From: Candidatus Obscuribacteraceae bacterium
GTDB lineage: Bacteria > Cyanobacteriota > Vampirovibrionia > Obscuribacterales > Obscuribacteraceae
Length of the DNA stretch: 64,000 nucleotides
NCBI GenBank assembly: GCA_044229845.1
Contig: JBGASG010000002.1
Coordinates: 576,001 to 640,000, forward strand
Reading direction: 5' to 3'
The first letter of the stretch is position 1. The number at the start of each line of letters is the position of its first letter. The notes beneath the pieces were generated by a model that did not search any database, was not told the origin of the DNA, and saw nothing but the letters and a program-made list of their open reading frames with translations. A program made the translations under genes and the position numbers. Shown one piece after another: positions 10,458 to 19,603 of this stretch.

Positions 10458-13049
10458 ATGCAATTTGTCATCACCATCGACAACGCGATCACCAACGAAA
10501 ACATGCAACGCCTGGGCGGCAAAGGCAAGGCACTGGCATCGCTTATCAAGGCTGGCTTCTCGGTGCCGGCGTGCATCGCGGTGGTGCCCGAAGCATTCGA
10601 TGGCAATACAGTGAACGGTGAAGCCGCCAAACAAATTGCCGCCTCCGTCGCATCGTTGCGCAGCGGTTTCTTCGCTATTCGCTCCTCTGCTGCAGATGAA
10701 GACGGAACCGCACATTCATTCGCAGGGCAGCTCGAAAGTTTCCTCTGCGTGAAACCGGAGGATGTTCTCCAGAGAGTCATTGACGTCTTCAATTCGGCAT
10801 TTGCAGAACGAGTCATCGCATACAGACAAGAGCATTGCCTGTCGGGCGAGTCCCCGATCCCGACTGTGTTGATTCAGGAAATGGTGCATGCCGATTCGTC
10901 CGGTGTCGCCTTCAGCGCCGACCCAACCGCAAATACCGACCGTTCGGTAATCGGGGCAGTGTACGGGTTGGGAGAGGGACTGGTGTCGGGACAGCTCGAT
11001 GCCGACACATATTTTGTTTCCGGCGAACTCATCGAACGCGACATCGCTAGGAAAACAACCGCCTATCATCTGGCTACCACCGAAAGCGGTGGCATCGAGT
11101 TGCGGGCAGTCGATGAGCTGAGCGCCAGAAAGAGCGCGTTGACCGACGAGCAAATCAAGGCGGTCAGCCAATTGGCAATCGCCTGCGAAGCCCATTTCAA
11201 GACGCCGCAAGATATCGAGTGGGCTTATGCCGAACGTCAACTTTACCTTCTGCAATCGCGCCCGATCACTACGGCGATCTCGCGACCCGCTGCGAAGGAA
11301 GAGTTACGCATATTCGACAACAGCAATATCGGCGAAAGCTATAACGGCGTCACCACTCCGCTCACGTTCAGTTTCGCACGCAGAGCATACGAAAACGTAT
11401 ATCTGCAATTCTGCCGCATCCTGCAAGTCAATGAGAGAACCCTGCAACGAGAAAAGCAGGTCTTCGCCAATATGATCGGCTTGATTCGCGGTCGCATCTA
11501 CTACAACTTGATCAGCTGGTATCGTGTGCTGGCGCTGTTACCCGGTTATGCGTTCAATGCTCCCTTCATGGAGCAAATGATGGGCGTCAAGGAACCGCTT
11601 CCTCAAGAAGTCAAACTCGCGCAGAAGAAGCCGCGACGCCTGGAACGCTGGCTCGATTGCATCGCGCTCGCCTGGTCGCTGCTTGGTCTGATTGCTTCAT
11701 TCGTCACATTGAAATCGCGCATTGCCAAATTCTATGTCCGATTGAATGACGCGTTGAAACCGGTCGAATTGAAAAATATGTCAATCGACCAACTGCTCGG
11801 CTATTACCACTTGCTGGAAGCGAAGCTGCTTTTGCAATGGGACGCGCCTCTGGTCAATGACTTCTTCGCCATGATCTTCTACGGCGTCCTCAAGTCTCTG
11901 ACTCAACTGGTTCTGTGGGATGCGCAATCCAATCTGCATAACGATCTACTTGCCCAGACAGGCGACATTATCAGCGCAGAGCCGGCGGCACGAATCGCAA
12001 AAATGGCTAGGGTGGCGTCAGCGGATCCTTCGCTGGTCGATGTGCTCTGCAACAAGTCGCTGTCAGTGATCGAAAGACGCCTGAAGCAAGAGCCCGAGTT
12101 CAAGACAATGATTGATGCATATCTAGAGAAATTCGGCGACCGTTGCATCGGCGAACTCAAACTTGAAAGTCCGACGCTCCTCGATGACCCGCTGCCCCTT
12201 TTGCGGTCGGTCGGTCAGATGGCATCTCGCATCGCCAGCGGCACCCGCGCGAACCGCCGGCAAGGTCGATTGATCAGACGGCGTGCCGAGCAACGAGTTT
12301 TTGGCGGCGGACGCATGACTCCATGGGAGAAGGCAGGCTACGCCTGGGTGCTGCACAATGCGCGAGAAACAGTGCGCAATCGCGAGAACTTGAGATTCGA
12401 ACGCACCCGAGTCTTCGGACGTGTGCGGCAGATATTTGTGGAGGTCGGCAAACGACTGCAGCAACAGAATTTGATCGACGACTACCGTGATATCTTCTAT
12501 CTCGAGCTGTCCGAGATCATCGGGTTCGTCAATGGCACCGCCACCACCTTGTCACTGCGGTCACTGGTGGCAGTGCGCAAATCCGAATTCGATCAATATC
12601 GCGCCGAGGACGAACCGCCTACCCGCATCGAAATACGCGGCGCCGCAGGTATCCCCGCCGCGACGGCCACTAGATTGGGCAACGAAAGCAAGAGCACGTC
12701 AGCAGAATTGCGCGGCATCGCCTGCTGCCCCGGCGTGGTGCGCGGACCGGTGCGCGTCGTGCATGACCCTAAAGACGCCGTGATTCTGTCCGGCGAAATA
12801 CTTGTCGCCAAGCGCACCGATCCAGGTTGGATAACTTTGTTTCCCGCTGCTTCAGGCTTGCTGGTCGAGCACGGCAGCCTGCTTTCCCACTCGGCGATTG
12901 TGTCGCGCGAACTGGGACTGCCGTCGATAGTGTCGGTTTCGGGCATCTGCGACGAGCTCTCCACCGGCGACATCGTCGAGTTCGACGGCAGCTCCGGCAA
13001 CATTCGCGTAATCGCCAGACACGACGCCGGCACCGCAAGCGTGGGTTAG
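10458..13049 (+). CDS. PEP-synthase/PPDK superfamily enzyme with rifampin-phosphotransferase-like architecture (ATP-grasp, central domain, C-terminal phospho-His swivel)
   Basis: GGKG, RSSAADED..SFAGQ, GLGEGLVSG, DIEW, LQSRPIT; C-terminal TDPGW and LSHSAIVSRELGLP. Confidence 0.9.
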   Translation: MQFVITIDNAITNENMQRLGGKGKALASLIKAGFSVPACIAVVPEAFDGNTVNGEAAKQIAASVASLRSGFFAIRSSAADEDGTAHSFAGQLESFLCVKPEDVLQRVIDVFNSAFAERVIAYRQEHCLSGESPIPTVLIQEMVHADSSGVAFSADPTANTDRSVIGAVYGLGEGLVSGQLDADTYFVSGELIERDIARKTTAYHLATTESGGIELRAVDELSARKSALTDEQIKAVSQLAIACEAHFKTPQDIEWAYAERQLYLLQSRPITTAISRPAAKEELRIFDNSNIGESYNGVTTPLTFSFARRAYENVYLQFCRILQVNERTLQREKQVFANMIGLIRGRIYYNLISWYRVLALLPGYAFNAPFMEQMMGVKEPLPQEVKLAQKKPRRLERWLDCIALAWSLLGLIASFVTLKSRIAKFYVRLNDALKPVELKNMSIDQLLGYYHLLEAKLLLQWDAPLVNDFFAMIFYGVLKSLTQLVLWDAQSNLHNDLLAQTGDIISAEPAARIAKMARVASADPSLVDVLCNKSLSVIERRLKQEPEFKTMIDAYLEKFGDRCIGELKLESPTLLDDPLPLLRSVGQMASRIASGTRANRRQGRLIRRRAEQRVFGGGRMTPWEKAGYAWVLHNARETVRNRENLRFERTRVFGRVRQIFVEVGKRLQQQNLIDDYRDIFYLELSEIIGFVNGTATTLSLRSLVAVRKSEFDQYRAEDEPPTRIEIRGAAGIPAATATRLGNESKSTSAELRGIACCPGVVRGPVRVVHDPKDAVILSGEILVAKRTDPGWITLFPAASGLLVEHGSLLSHSAIVSRELGLPSIVSVSGICDELSTGDIVEFDGSSGNIRVIARHDAGTASVG

Positions 13050-13058
13050 GAGAGCATC

Positions 13059-14186
13059 ATGTCCGTTTCTCAAACAGTCTTCCGCCCCGAATCAGCAGCC
13101 GCCATCTACCCGCGTATCCGCTATGCGCAATGCTGGGAAGACGCCGACATCCTGCTCGAAGCCCTTGCCGTTCAACCGGGTGACGTTTGCCTGTCAATCG
13201 CGTCAGGAGGCGAAAACTCGCTCTCGCTGTTAAGCCAGTCGCCAGCCAAGGTGATTGCAGTCGACTGCAATCCCTCGCAGCTAGCCATCTTGGAACTGAA
13301 AGCCGCCGCGTTCCGCAACCTCAGTCATGCCGAACTGCTGCGCTTCCTCGGCTCGCATCCGGCAACCCCGTCCGAGCGCCGCGAATTCTACACCTACTGC
13401 GCCCCCGACCTGGCGCCCGCAACAGCCCGCTACTTCCGAGAAAACGTTCACCTCATTGAGGCGGGTATCAACCACGCCGGCAAGTTCGAGGACTATTTCA
13501 GGCTGTTTCGCCAGACGCTGCTGCCCCTGATCCACGACCGGAGGACAGTTGAACAACTGTGTGCCCCGCGGTCTCTGGAGGCTCGCCGTGCGTTTTACTT
13601 AGAGGTATGGAATACCTGGCGCTGGAGAGCGCTGTTCTCAATGTTTTTCTCAAGGAAGGTTATGGGCAACGCCGGACGCGATCCAGCATTATTCAAATAT
13701 GTCGAAGGAGATTGCTCTTCGCGTATTTTGGGTCGCGTCCGGCACGGGCTCACGGAAGTGGCACCGGAATCAAACCCATATCTTCAGTGGATTCTTTTTG
13801 GCGAACATCGCAAAGGCGTGTTGCCCCATGCACTGCGTGAAGAAAACTTCCAGGCTATCCGCGACAACCTCAGCAAACTGGAATGGCATTGCCAGACGAT
13901 CGAAGAGTATTTGGAAGCCAATCCGACAACCCGAGTCGACTGCTTCAACCTGAGTGACATCTTCGAATACATGAGCGAAGCTGAATATTCCGAGATGCTG
14001 GATACACTGATCGGTGCCTCCGCTGACGGTGCCCGATTGGCTTACTGGAACATGCTGGTAGACCGCCAGGCGCCAGCAGCCTACGCTGATCAAATCACCA
14101 CCCACGAACAGAAGTCGCAAGAGCTACTGGCAGCTGACAAGGCATTTTTCTACAGTGCCTTCAGACTGGAAACGGTACACAGATGA
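13059..14186 (+). CDS. DUF3419/BtaA family SAM-dependent (3-amino-3-carboxypropyl) transferase
   Basis: YAQCWEDA, SIASGGEN, AVDCNPSQL..LELK, LSDIFEYM. Confidence 0.85.
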   Translation: MSVSQTVFRPESAAAIYPRIRYAQCWEDADILLEALAVQPGDVCLSIASGGENSLSLLSQSPAKVIAVDCNPSQLAILELKAAAFRNLSHAELLRFLGSHPATPSERREFYTYCAPDLAPATARYFRENVHLIEAGINHAGKFEDYFRLFRQTLLPLIHDRRTVEQLCAPRSLEARRAFYLEVWNTWRWRALFSMFFSRKVMGNAGRDPALFKYVEGDCSSRILGRVRHGLTEVAPESNPYLQWILFGEHRKGVLPHALREENFQAIRDNLSKLEWHCQTIEEYLEANPTTRVDCFNLSDIFEYMSEAEYSEMLDTLIGASADGARLAYWNMLVDRQAPAAYADQITTHEQKSQELLAADKAFFYSAFRLETVHR

Positions 14187-15508
14187 ACGCCTGGATCGCG
14201 ATAGTTTCTGTCCTCGCCGTTCTGCTCGCGTCGATCTCACTTTTGCGCTGGTATCAGATATCACAAAAACCGCACCCGGAAATTGTGCGCAAGCTTTTGC
14301 ACGTGATTATGGGTTCGGTCACCATCACGTTTCCGTGGGTGTTTCACGAAACCTCGCCGGTCTGGCTGTTAGCCCTTGTCTCCGCGTGCACGCTCGGCGC
14401 CATCAAATACCAACCTCGCCTGAAGGAATCAGTCGGCAGCGTCGTTTGCGCAGTCGAGCGCAGAACGTACGGAGAGATCTGCTTCCCACTGGCTGTTGCG
14501 ATTCTCTTCAGCGTCGCACACACGCAGCCGCTTCTCTATTGCGTACCGATGGCAATTCTCTCAATTGCCGATGCTTCATCGGCGCTCGTCGGCATGTTTT
14601 ACGGCAAGCACAAATATTCAACCAGTGAAGGCAACAAAACCGCAGAGGGCTCGTTGACGTTCTTCGCCATCGCCAGCCTGGCTACTCTGGTTCCGCTTCT
14701 GGCTATGGGAGTCGGTATCGAGCGCGCAGCGCTCATCTCGCTGCTGCTCGGCTGTCTGGTCACCCTATTTGAAGCGATCGCGTGGCAAGGTCTGGACAAC
14801 CTCTTCATTCCGCTGAGCGCATACGCGATGCTGCTCACTGGTCTCACCACTTCAATCGGAATGCTTGCCGAGCAACTTGGTGTCGCCTGTCTGCTGCTTC
14901 TGGTCGCGATACTTCTGCGCGGCCGCACCAAGCTCAACGACAGCGCCGCACTCGGTGCCGCGCTTTTCTGCTACCTGAGTTGGGCAATTGGCGGCTGGAT
15001 GTGGAGCATTGCACCATTGACGGTGCTGGCGGCGCATCGCCTGATCTTGCCGGCAAAGTATCGCAGACAAGACGCCCGACCGCACACGATTCACGAAGTA
15101 ATCTGGGTGGCTTCAGCAGGCTTCTTCTGGCTGTGGCTGAGCAAGACAACCGCGCAGTCATTCCTTCTCCCGTACACTCTCACCTATGCCGCACAGCTGG
15201 CCTTGATTGGCTGCGCACACGCCACCATGCCACAAGCCCAGTCTTTGAAAACCAACGCTGCAGTGCAATCATGTTTTGTGGCGTGGAGCGCGTTGTTTCT
15301 CCCGTTCGCGCTGACTACCGGTTTCTCGCCGGAGGCAGTCGCGTTTTCATTCTGCTCCCTGCTCGCCATGCTGATTTGCGCCGCCGCCTTCCTGGCGCTG
15401 CACCGCGGCGAGGCAAATCAATTTCACAGCGTCACGCGCTGGGCTCAGCAAACAGGCGTGGTGGCAGCCTGCTCGGCCGCGGTCTTTGTAATTCTCCAGT
15501 TGACGTAA
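14183..15508 (+). CDS. CTP-dependent polyprenol/phytol/dolichol kinase-like membrane protein with additional C-terminal TM region
   Basis: RKLLH, IADASSALVG..YGKH, KTAEGS, GLDNLFIP; ATGA overlap with upstream gene. Confidence 0.8.
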   Translation: MNAWIAIVSVLAVLLASISLLRWYQISQKPHPEIVRKLLHVIMGSVTITFPWVFHETSPVWLLALVSACTLGAIKYQPRLKESVGSVVCAVERRTYGEICFPLAVAILFSVAHTQPLLYCVPMAILSIADASSALVGMFYGKHKYSTSEGNKTAEGSLTFFAIASLATLVPLLAMGVGIERAALISLLLGCLVTLFEAIAWQGLDNLFIPLSAYAMLLTGLTTSIGMLAEQLGVACLLLLVAILLRGRTKLNDSAALGAALFCYLSWAIGGWMWSIAPLTVLAAHRLILPAKYRRQDARPHTIHEVIWVASAGFFWLWLSKTTAQSFLLPYTLTYAAQLALIGCAHATMPQAQSLKTNAAVQSCFVAWSALFLPFALTTGFSPEAVAFSFCSLLAMLICAAAFLALHRGEANQFHSVTRWAQQTGVVAACSAAVFVILQLT

Positions 15509-15521
15509 GGAACTCACCATC

Positions 15522-16415
15522 ATGCCTGTACAAACTCAGATCACCAGAAGCGAACCAGACAAGGTCATCAGTCTGCCTGGTGCCGGTTGCTCGCTTTGGT
15601 GGCGCCACACTCCCGGACTCGATGGAGCAAAGCTCGGCTTCATCGGCCGGTTTGCCGCCGACAGCGCAACAGCATCGACACATATCCTCGATTACGCCTG
15701 CGACCTATTAAAAGAGAATGGCGTCAATCTAGCAGTCGGTCCAGTTGACGGCAACACCTGGAACAGCTATCGCTATACCACCTGGTCATCCGGCCAAGCA
15801 CCATTCTGTCTGGAGCCGCAACATCCCGCGCAGTATCCTCGGTATTTCCAGCACGCCGGGTTCTCGCCGCTGGCGACCTACTACTCGTCAATCACCCATG
15901 ACTTGCACAGCGACAGAAAAGTGGTGGCAAAGCTAGAGGAGAAACTGGCGCGAGCCGGCGTCACCATCAGACAGATCGATGCCGCCAATTTTGACGGCGA
16001 ACTGCTCAAAGTTTTCCAACTGTGCGAGCAAAGCTTCAAAGACAATTTTCTATATTCGCCAATCACGCAAGCTGAGTTTCTTCAGCAGTACGCCGCCGTC
16101 AAGCCGCTGATTCAGCCGCCTCTGGTGCTGCTGGCGGAGGTCGACAGCGAGCTGGTCGGCTTTGTCTTCGCGCTGCCCAATATCAACGATGCTGAACGCC
16201 GGACGATCATAGTAAAGACTCTGGCTCGCTTGCCGCAACGCGAGCTTGCCGGTCTCGGGCACTTGCTTTTGGCACAAGTCCACGAAGCAGCGCAGCAGAT
16301 GGGTTTCAAGCAAGCCATTCATGCCCTCATGCATGAGTCGAACAACTCGCTGGCGCTGAGCAATCGCTATGCCGCCAAGTTTCGTGAGTATGCGCTGTTT
16401 GCGAGGAGCCTCTAA
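15522..16415 (+). CDS. GNAT-family acyltransferase-like protein
   Basis: GPVDGNTW..YR, VGFVFALP, VKTLAR...AGLG acyl-CoA-binding-like motif, HALM. Confidence 0.75.
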   Translation: MPVQTQITRSEPDKVISLPGAGCSLWWRHTPGLDGAKLGFIGRFAADSATASTHILDYACDLLKENGVNLAVGPVDGNTWNSYRYTTWSSGQAPFCLEPQHPAQYPRYFQHAGFSPLATYYSSITHDLHSDRKVVAKLEEKLARAGVTIRQIDAANFDGELLKVFQLCEQSFKDNFLYSPITQAEFLQQYAAVKPLIQPPLVLLAEVDSELVGFVFALPNINDAERRTIIVKTLARLPQRELAGLGHLLLAQVHEAAQQMGFKQAIHALMHESNNSLALSNRYAAKFREYALFARSL

Positions 16416-16417
16416 TC

Positions 16418-17965
16418 ATGAATGTCTACAAGAAACTGCTAGAGCAACTGGCGATGCGCCCCGATGCCACCGCAATCATCGATACGAAGGGTGACAGCGT
16501 CAGGCACACCTCCTATGCACAATTGGTTCATCAAATTGAACAGGCGGCGTCCAACCTCGAACGCAAGGGCGTATACAACGGCGACACAGTTCTGCTGTTG
16601 CACGGACTGAGCCTGGAACTGTACGTGGCACTGCTGGCGCTTCTCAAAATCGGTGCCACGGCCATGGTCATCGACCCTTCGATGCCAGCCGAAGCTCTCA
16701 AGCGTTGCTGCCAGATCGCGCAACCAAAAGCAATTATCGGCGGTGCCAAAGGTTTGGTGTTCGCGTTGTTCAATCAGGACCTGCGATCGATACCGCGTCG
16801 CATTGGATTGAGCCGCATTTTGCGCAGCGCTCAAGGCGACCTCAGCGAAACCTTCATCGCCTGGCCCGAGACACCTGCGTTGATCACGTTCACCAGTGGC
16901 AGCACCGGCATACCCAAAGCGATCTGCCGCAGTCATCAGTTTCTTCTCGACCAGCACGAAGCATTGCACAACGCCCTCAACTTGCAATCAGGTGCAGTAC
17001 AACTGGTGACGCTGCCTGTCTTCGTGCTCGCCAATCTGGCATCAGGCGTGACCAGTGTTCTGCCCAACACGGATATCAGCTTGCCTGGTCAGGTCAATGC
17101 GCGCGCCATCATCAACTACATACAGACAACCGGTGTCACCGAGATTCTCGCATCGCCTGCCTTTGTCGAACGACTCTGCGATCATGCGCTGGCTCATCGT
17201 CGCGCACTCCCAACTATCGAGCGCATCTTCACCGGTGGCGCACCGGTCCTGCCTCGCAGCTACCGCAACATGCAGGAGGTCTTCCCACGTGCCACCATTT
17301 ACGGTGTCTATGGTTCAACAGAAGCAGAGCCGATAGCAAAGATAAATCTCGACGAGATTAGCGCCGAAGATATGGAGGCAATGTCGAACGGCGCGGGATT
17401 GCTGGCGGGGTACTGTGATGGTTCCGTCCAGCTAGCCATCATCGATAGCAACTGGCAGCCGACACCTGAGCAACAGTGCGACTTGAAAGCACATGCTTTA
17501 GGTGTGCGACAAGTGGGCGAAATAATTGTCGCCGGCAGACATGTGGTCAAGTCGTATTTAAACACCGAGCAAAACGCCGAAAGTAAAATCCACCTGAATG
17601 GCGAGACGCTCAGCCCCACGGTGTGGCATCGCACCGGCGACGCCGGTTATCTGGACGAACAGGGACGCCTCTGGTTGCTGGGACGGGTCTCCACGCGTAT
17701 CGATGACGAATTCGGTGTGCTCTACCCGCTGGCATGCGAAGCGCAAGTGATCGAACAGACTGCAGTGAAACGCGCAGCCATCCTCAATCGCGGCTCCATG
17801 CGGACGATGGTCATCGAAAGCCGCGACAGAGCTGCGGCTCCGGCGCTCAAGCGCATCGCCAGCCGCGCGCATATCCAACGCATAGTTTTCGTGGACAGGT
17901 TGCCAGTCGACAAGCGGCACAACTCGAAAATCGACTATCGCGCCTTGCATAAAGTCCTATCTTGA
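16418..17965 (+). CDS. ANL-superfamily AMP-forming ligase, OleC-like
   Basis: FTSGSTGIPK, YGSTEAEP, WHRTGDAG, LPVDKRHNSKID. Confidence 0.88.
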   Translation: MNVYKKLLEQLAMRPDATAIIDTKGDSVRHTSYAQLVHQIEQAASNLERKGVYNGDTVLLLHGLSLELYVALLALLKIGATAMVIDPSMPAEALKRCCQIAQPKAIIGGAKGLVFALFNQDLRSIPRRIGLSRILRSAQGDLSETFIAWPETPALITFTSGSTGIPKAICRSHQFLLDQHEALHNALNLQSGAVQLVTLPVFVLANLASGVTSVLPNTDISLPGQVNARAIINYIQTTGVTEILASPAFVERLCDHALAHRRALPTIERIFTGGAPVLPRSYRNMQEVFPRATIYGVYGSTEAEPIAKINLDEISAEDMEAMSNGAGLLAGYCDGSVQLAIIDSNWQPTPEQQCDLKAHALGVRQVGEIIVAGRHVVKSYLNTEQNAESKIHLNGETLSPTVWHRTGDAGYLDEQGRLWLLGRVSTRIDDEFGVLYPLACEAQVIEQTAVKRAAILNRGSMRTMVIESRDRAAAPALKRIASRAHIQRIVFVDRLPVDKRHNSKIDYRALHKVLS

Positions 17966-18021
17966 GCACTGTCGGGTAAGATAGATCTGGAAACACCCTC
18001 TCCGACTCACGGCCATTGCAC

Positions 18022-18738
18022 ATGGCTCACCAACAGATCGACAAGACCGACGAGTCTTCGCAGCGCGTTGCGGATCTGATCGCCGCATGCGCACACGATT
18101 TGCGTGCGCCGCTTTCCGGGAATGCATCGCTTCTGGAATTGATGCTCGCCGAAGAGTTCGGATCGTTGCCCGACCAGGCGAGGGATGCATTGCAAGTGAT
18201 GTTGTGCGGCAATCGCAGCATGCACCACACTCTGCAGCTTCTGGTCGATGTATTCCAGCTTGAAGCAAACCAGGGCGAGCTGCTGCACATCGAGAATCAA
18301 ACTGTGTCCGGCGCTGTTCAAAGCGCCGCAGAATCTATGGATAGTGAATCGCAGGCACGAGTCAATTTAGATGTCGCACCGCACATAAGCGTGCGAGCGG
18401 ATCGAGAGGCACTGCAAAAGGTTTTTTCGTTGTTGTTTGCCAGTTGCCTGCGCAAGAACGCACCGGAACAATGCCTGCATGTCACAGCCGCTTCCACGGG
18501 TATCCAGACACGCATCGATATTGCCGGCGCGGCAGTGCCACTGCAAAACCTCCCTGATTGCGAGGCGTTCAAAAGCTTGTGCGGCAGTGCGCCGCGAAAA
18601 AAGCTACCGGCCGGGTCCGTGCTTTCGTTCTATCTCTCTGCGCTCATGGTGCAGCTGCAGCGCGGACAAATGGTGGCAGAACGACACGCCGATGACACCA
18701 CTACCGTTAGTATTACTTTGCCGGCGGGTGCACCATGA
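18022..18738 (+). CDS. sensor-less HisKA protein with degenerate ATPase domain
   Basis: H-box AHDLRAPL intact; N, G1 and G2 boxes not recognisable. Confidence 0.7.
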   Translation: MAHQQIDKTDESSQRVADLIAACAHDLRAPLSGNASLLELMLAEEFGSLPDQARDALQVMLCGNRSMHHTLQLLVDVFQLEANQGELLHIENQTVSGAVQSAAESMDSESQARVNLDVAPHISVRADREALQKVFSLLFASCLRKNAPEQCLHVTAASTGIQTRIDIAGAAVPLQNLPDCEAFKSLCGSAPRKKLPAGSVLSFYLSALMVQLQRGQMVAERHADDTTTVSITLPAGAP

Positions 18739-19388
18739 AAACCGCCACTGTGTTTGTCATCGAAGACGACGAGCTGATGCTGGCTGGACTGCGGGCCTCG
18801 CTCGGACGACTCCATCATCTGGAAGTCTTAGGCAGCGCCATGGACGGTCGGCAGGGTCTGGACAACGTCCTCAGGATGCGGCCAGACATTGCCATCGTAG
18901 ACATTGGTCTACCTTTCATGGACGGCATCGAAGTCACCGAACGCATCAAGCATCAACTCGATCACTGCAAAGTGCTGATGCTCACATCACACGATGACGA
19001 CAACAACTTGTTTTCTGCCTTCGCCGCCGGCGCCGATGGATATGTATTGAAAGACTCCGGCATCCAGACCCTGGATCTGGCAATTAACACGGTGCTGGGC
19101 GGCGCCGTTTGGTTGGACTCACGCATTGCCAAACGTGTGTTGCAATACGCGATTGTATCCGCCGCACTGTCACCACCGGCTGCCGTCGAACCGATCATCA
19201 AACTGACTGAGCGAGAAACGGAAGTTCTACGCTTCATGTGCGACGGCATGACTAACGCGGAGATCGCCGAGAGGTTGAATCTGACCACCGAAACCGTCAA
19301 AACTCACGTCAGCAAAATCATGCACAAGCTGGCAGTCAACGATCGCACGCAAGCCGCTGTTAAAGCCGTGCGCTCACACCTGATCTAG
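18735..19388 (+). CDS. NarL/LuxR family response regulator
   Basis: IEDD, VDIGLP.MDG, MLTS, YVLK; LTERETEVL...TVKTHVSKIMHKL HTH. Confidence 0.93.
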   Translation: MKTATVFVIEDDELMLAGLRASLGRLHHLEVLGSAMDGRQGLDNVLRMRPDIAIVDIGLPFMDGIEVTERIKHQLDHCKVLMLTSHDDDNNLFSAFAAGADGYVLKDSGIQTLDLAINTVLGGAVWLDSRIAKRVLQYAIVSAALSPPAAVEPIIKLTERETEVLRFMCDGMTNAEIAERLNLTTETVKTHVSKIMHKLAVNDRTQAAVKAVRSHLI

Positions 19389-19589
19389 TCACCAGACGTC
19401 GTCGTCGCCTTTCAAGAAATAAGTGACCAGTCCACCGAGCAAACAGATGCAACCGGCGATCAGCATGAACGAACTGGTGACGTTGGTGACGGCGGTGTCT
19501 ACCCCTTCCTGCCCCATGCGCAACACCTGCGAGATGACGCAAAGACCGATGCCCGTCGCCATCATCGCAATCGGCATGATCTTCTTCAC
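19389..19589 (-). CDS. small two-TM membrane protein
   Basis: GTG start after GGGAGA; two hydrophobic helices; directly downstream of the aspartyl protease gene. Confidence 0.6.
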   Translation of the reverse strand: MKKIMPIAMMATGIGLCVISQVLRMGQEGVDTAVTNVTSSFMLIAGCICLLGGLVTYFLKGDDDVW

Positions 19590-19603
19590 GGCTGGCTCTC
19601 CCT

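Noticed and set aside
10458..13049. ppsA or rifampin-resistance gene call
   Set aside because: Domain order excludes PEP synthase; operon context argues against stand-alone resistance, and specificity cannot be read from sequence
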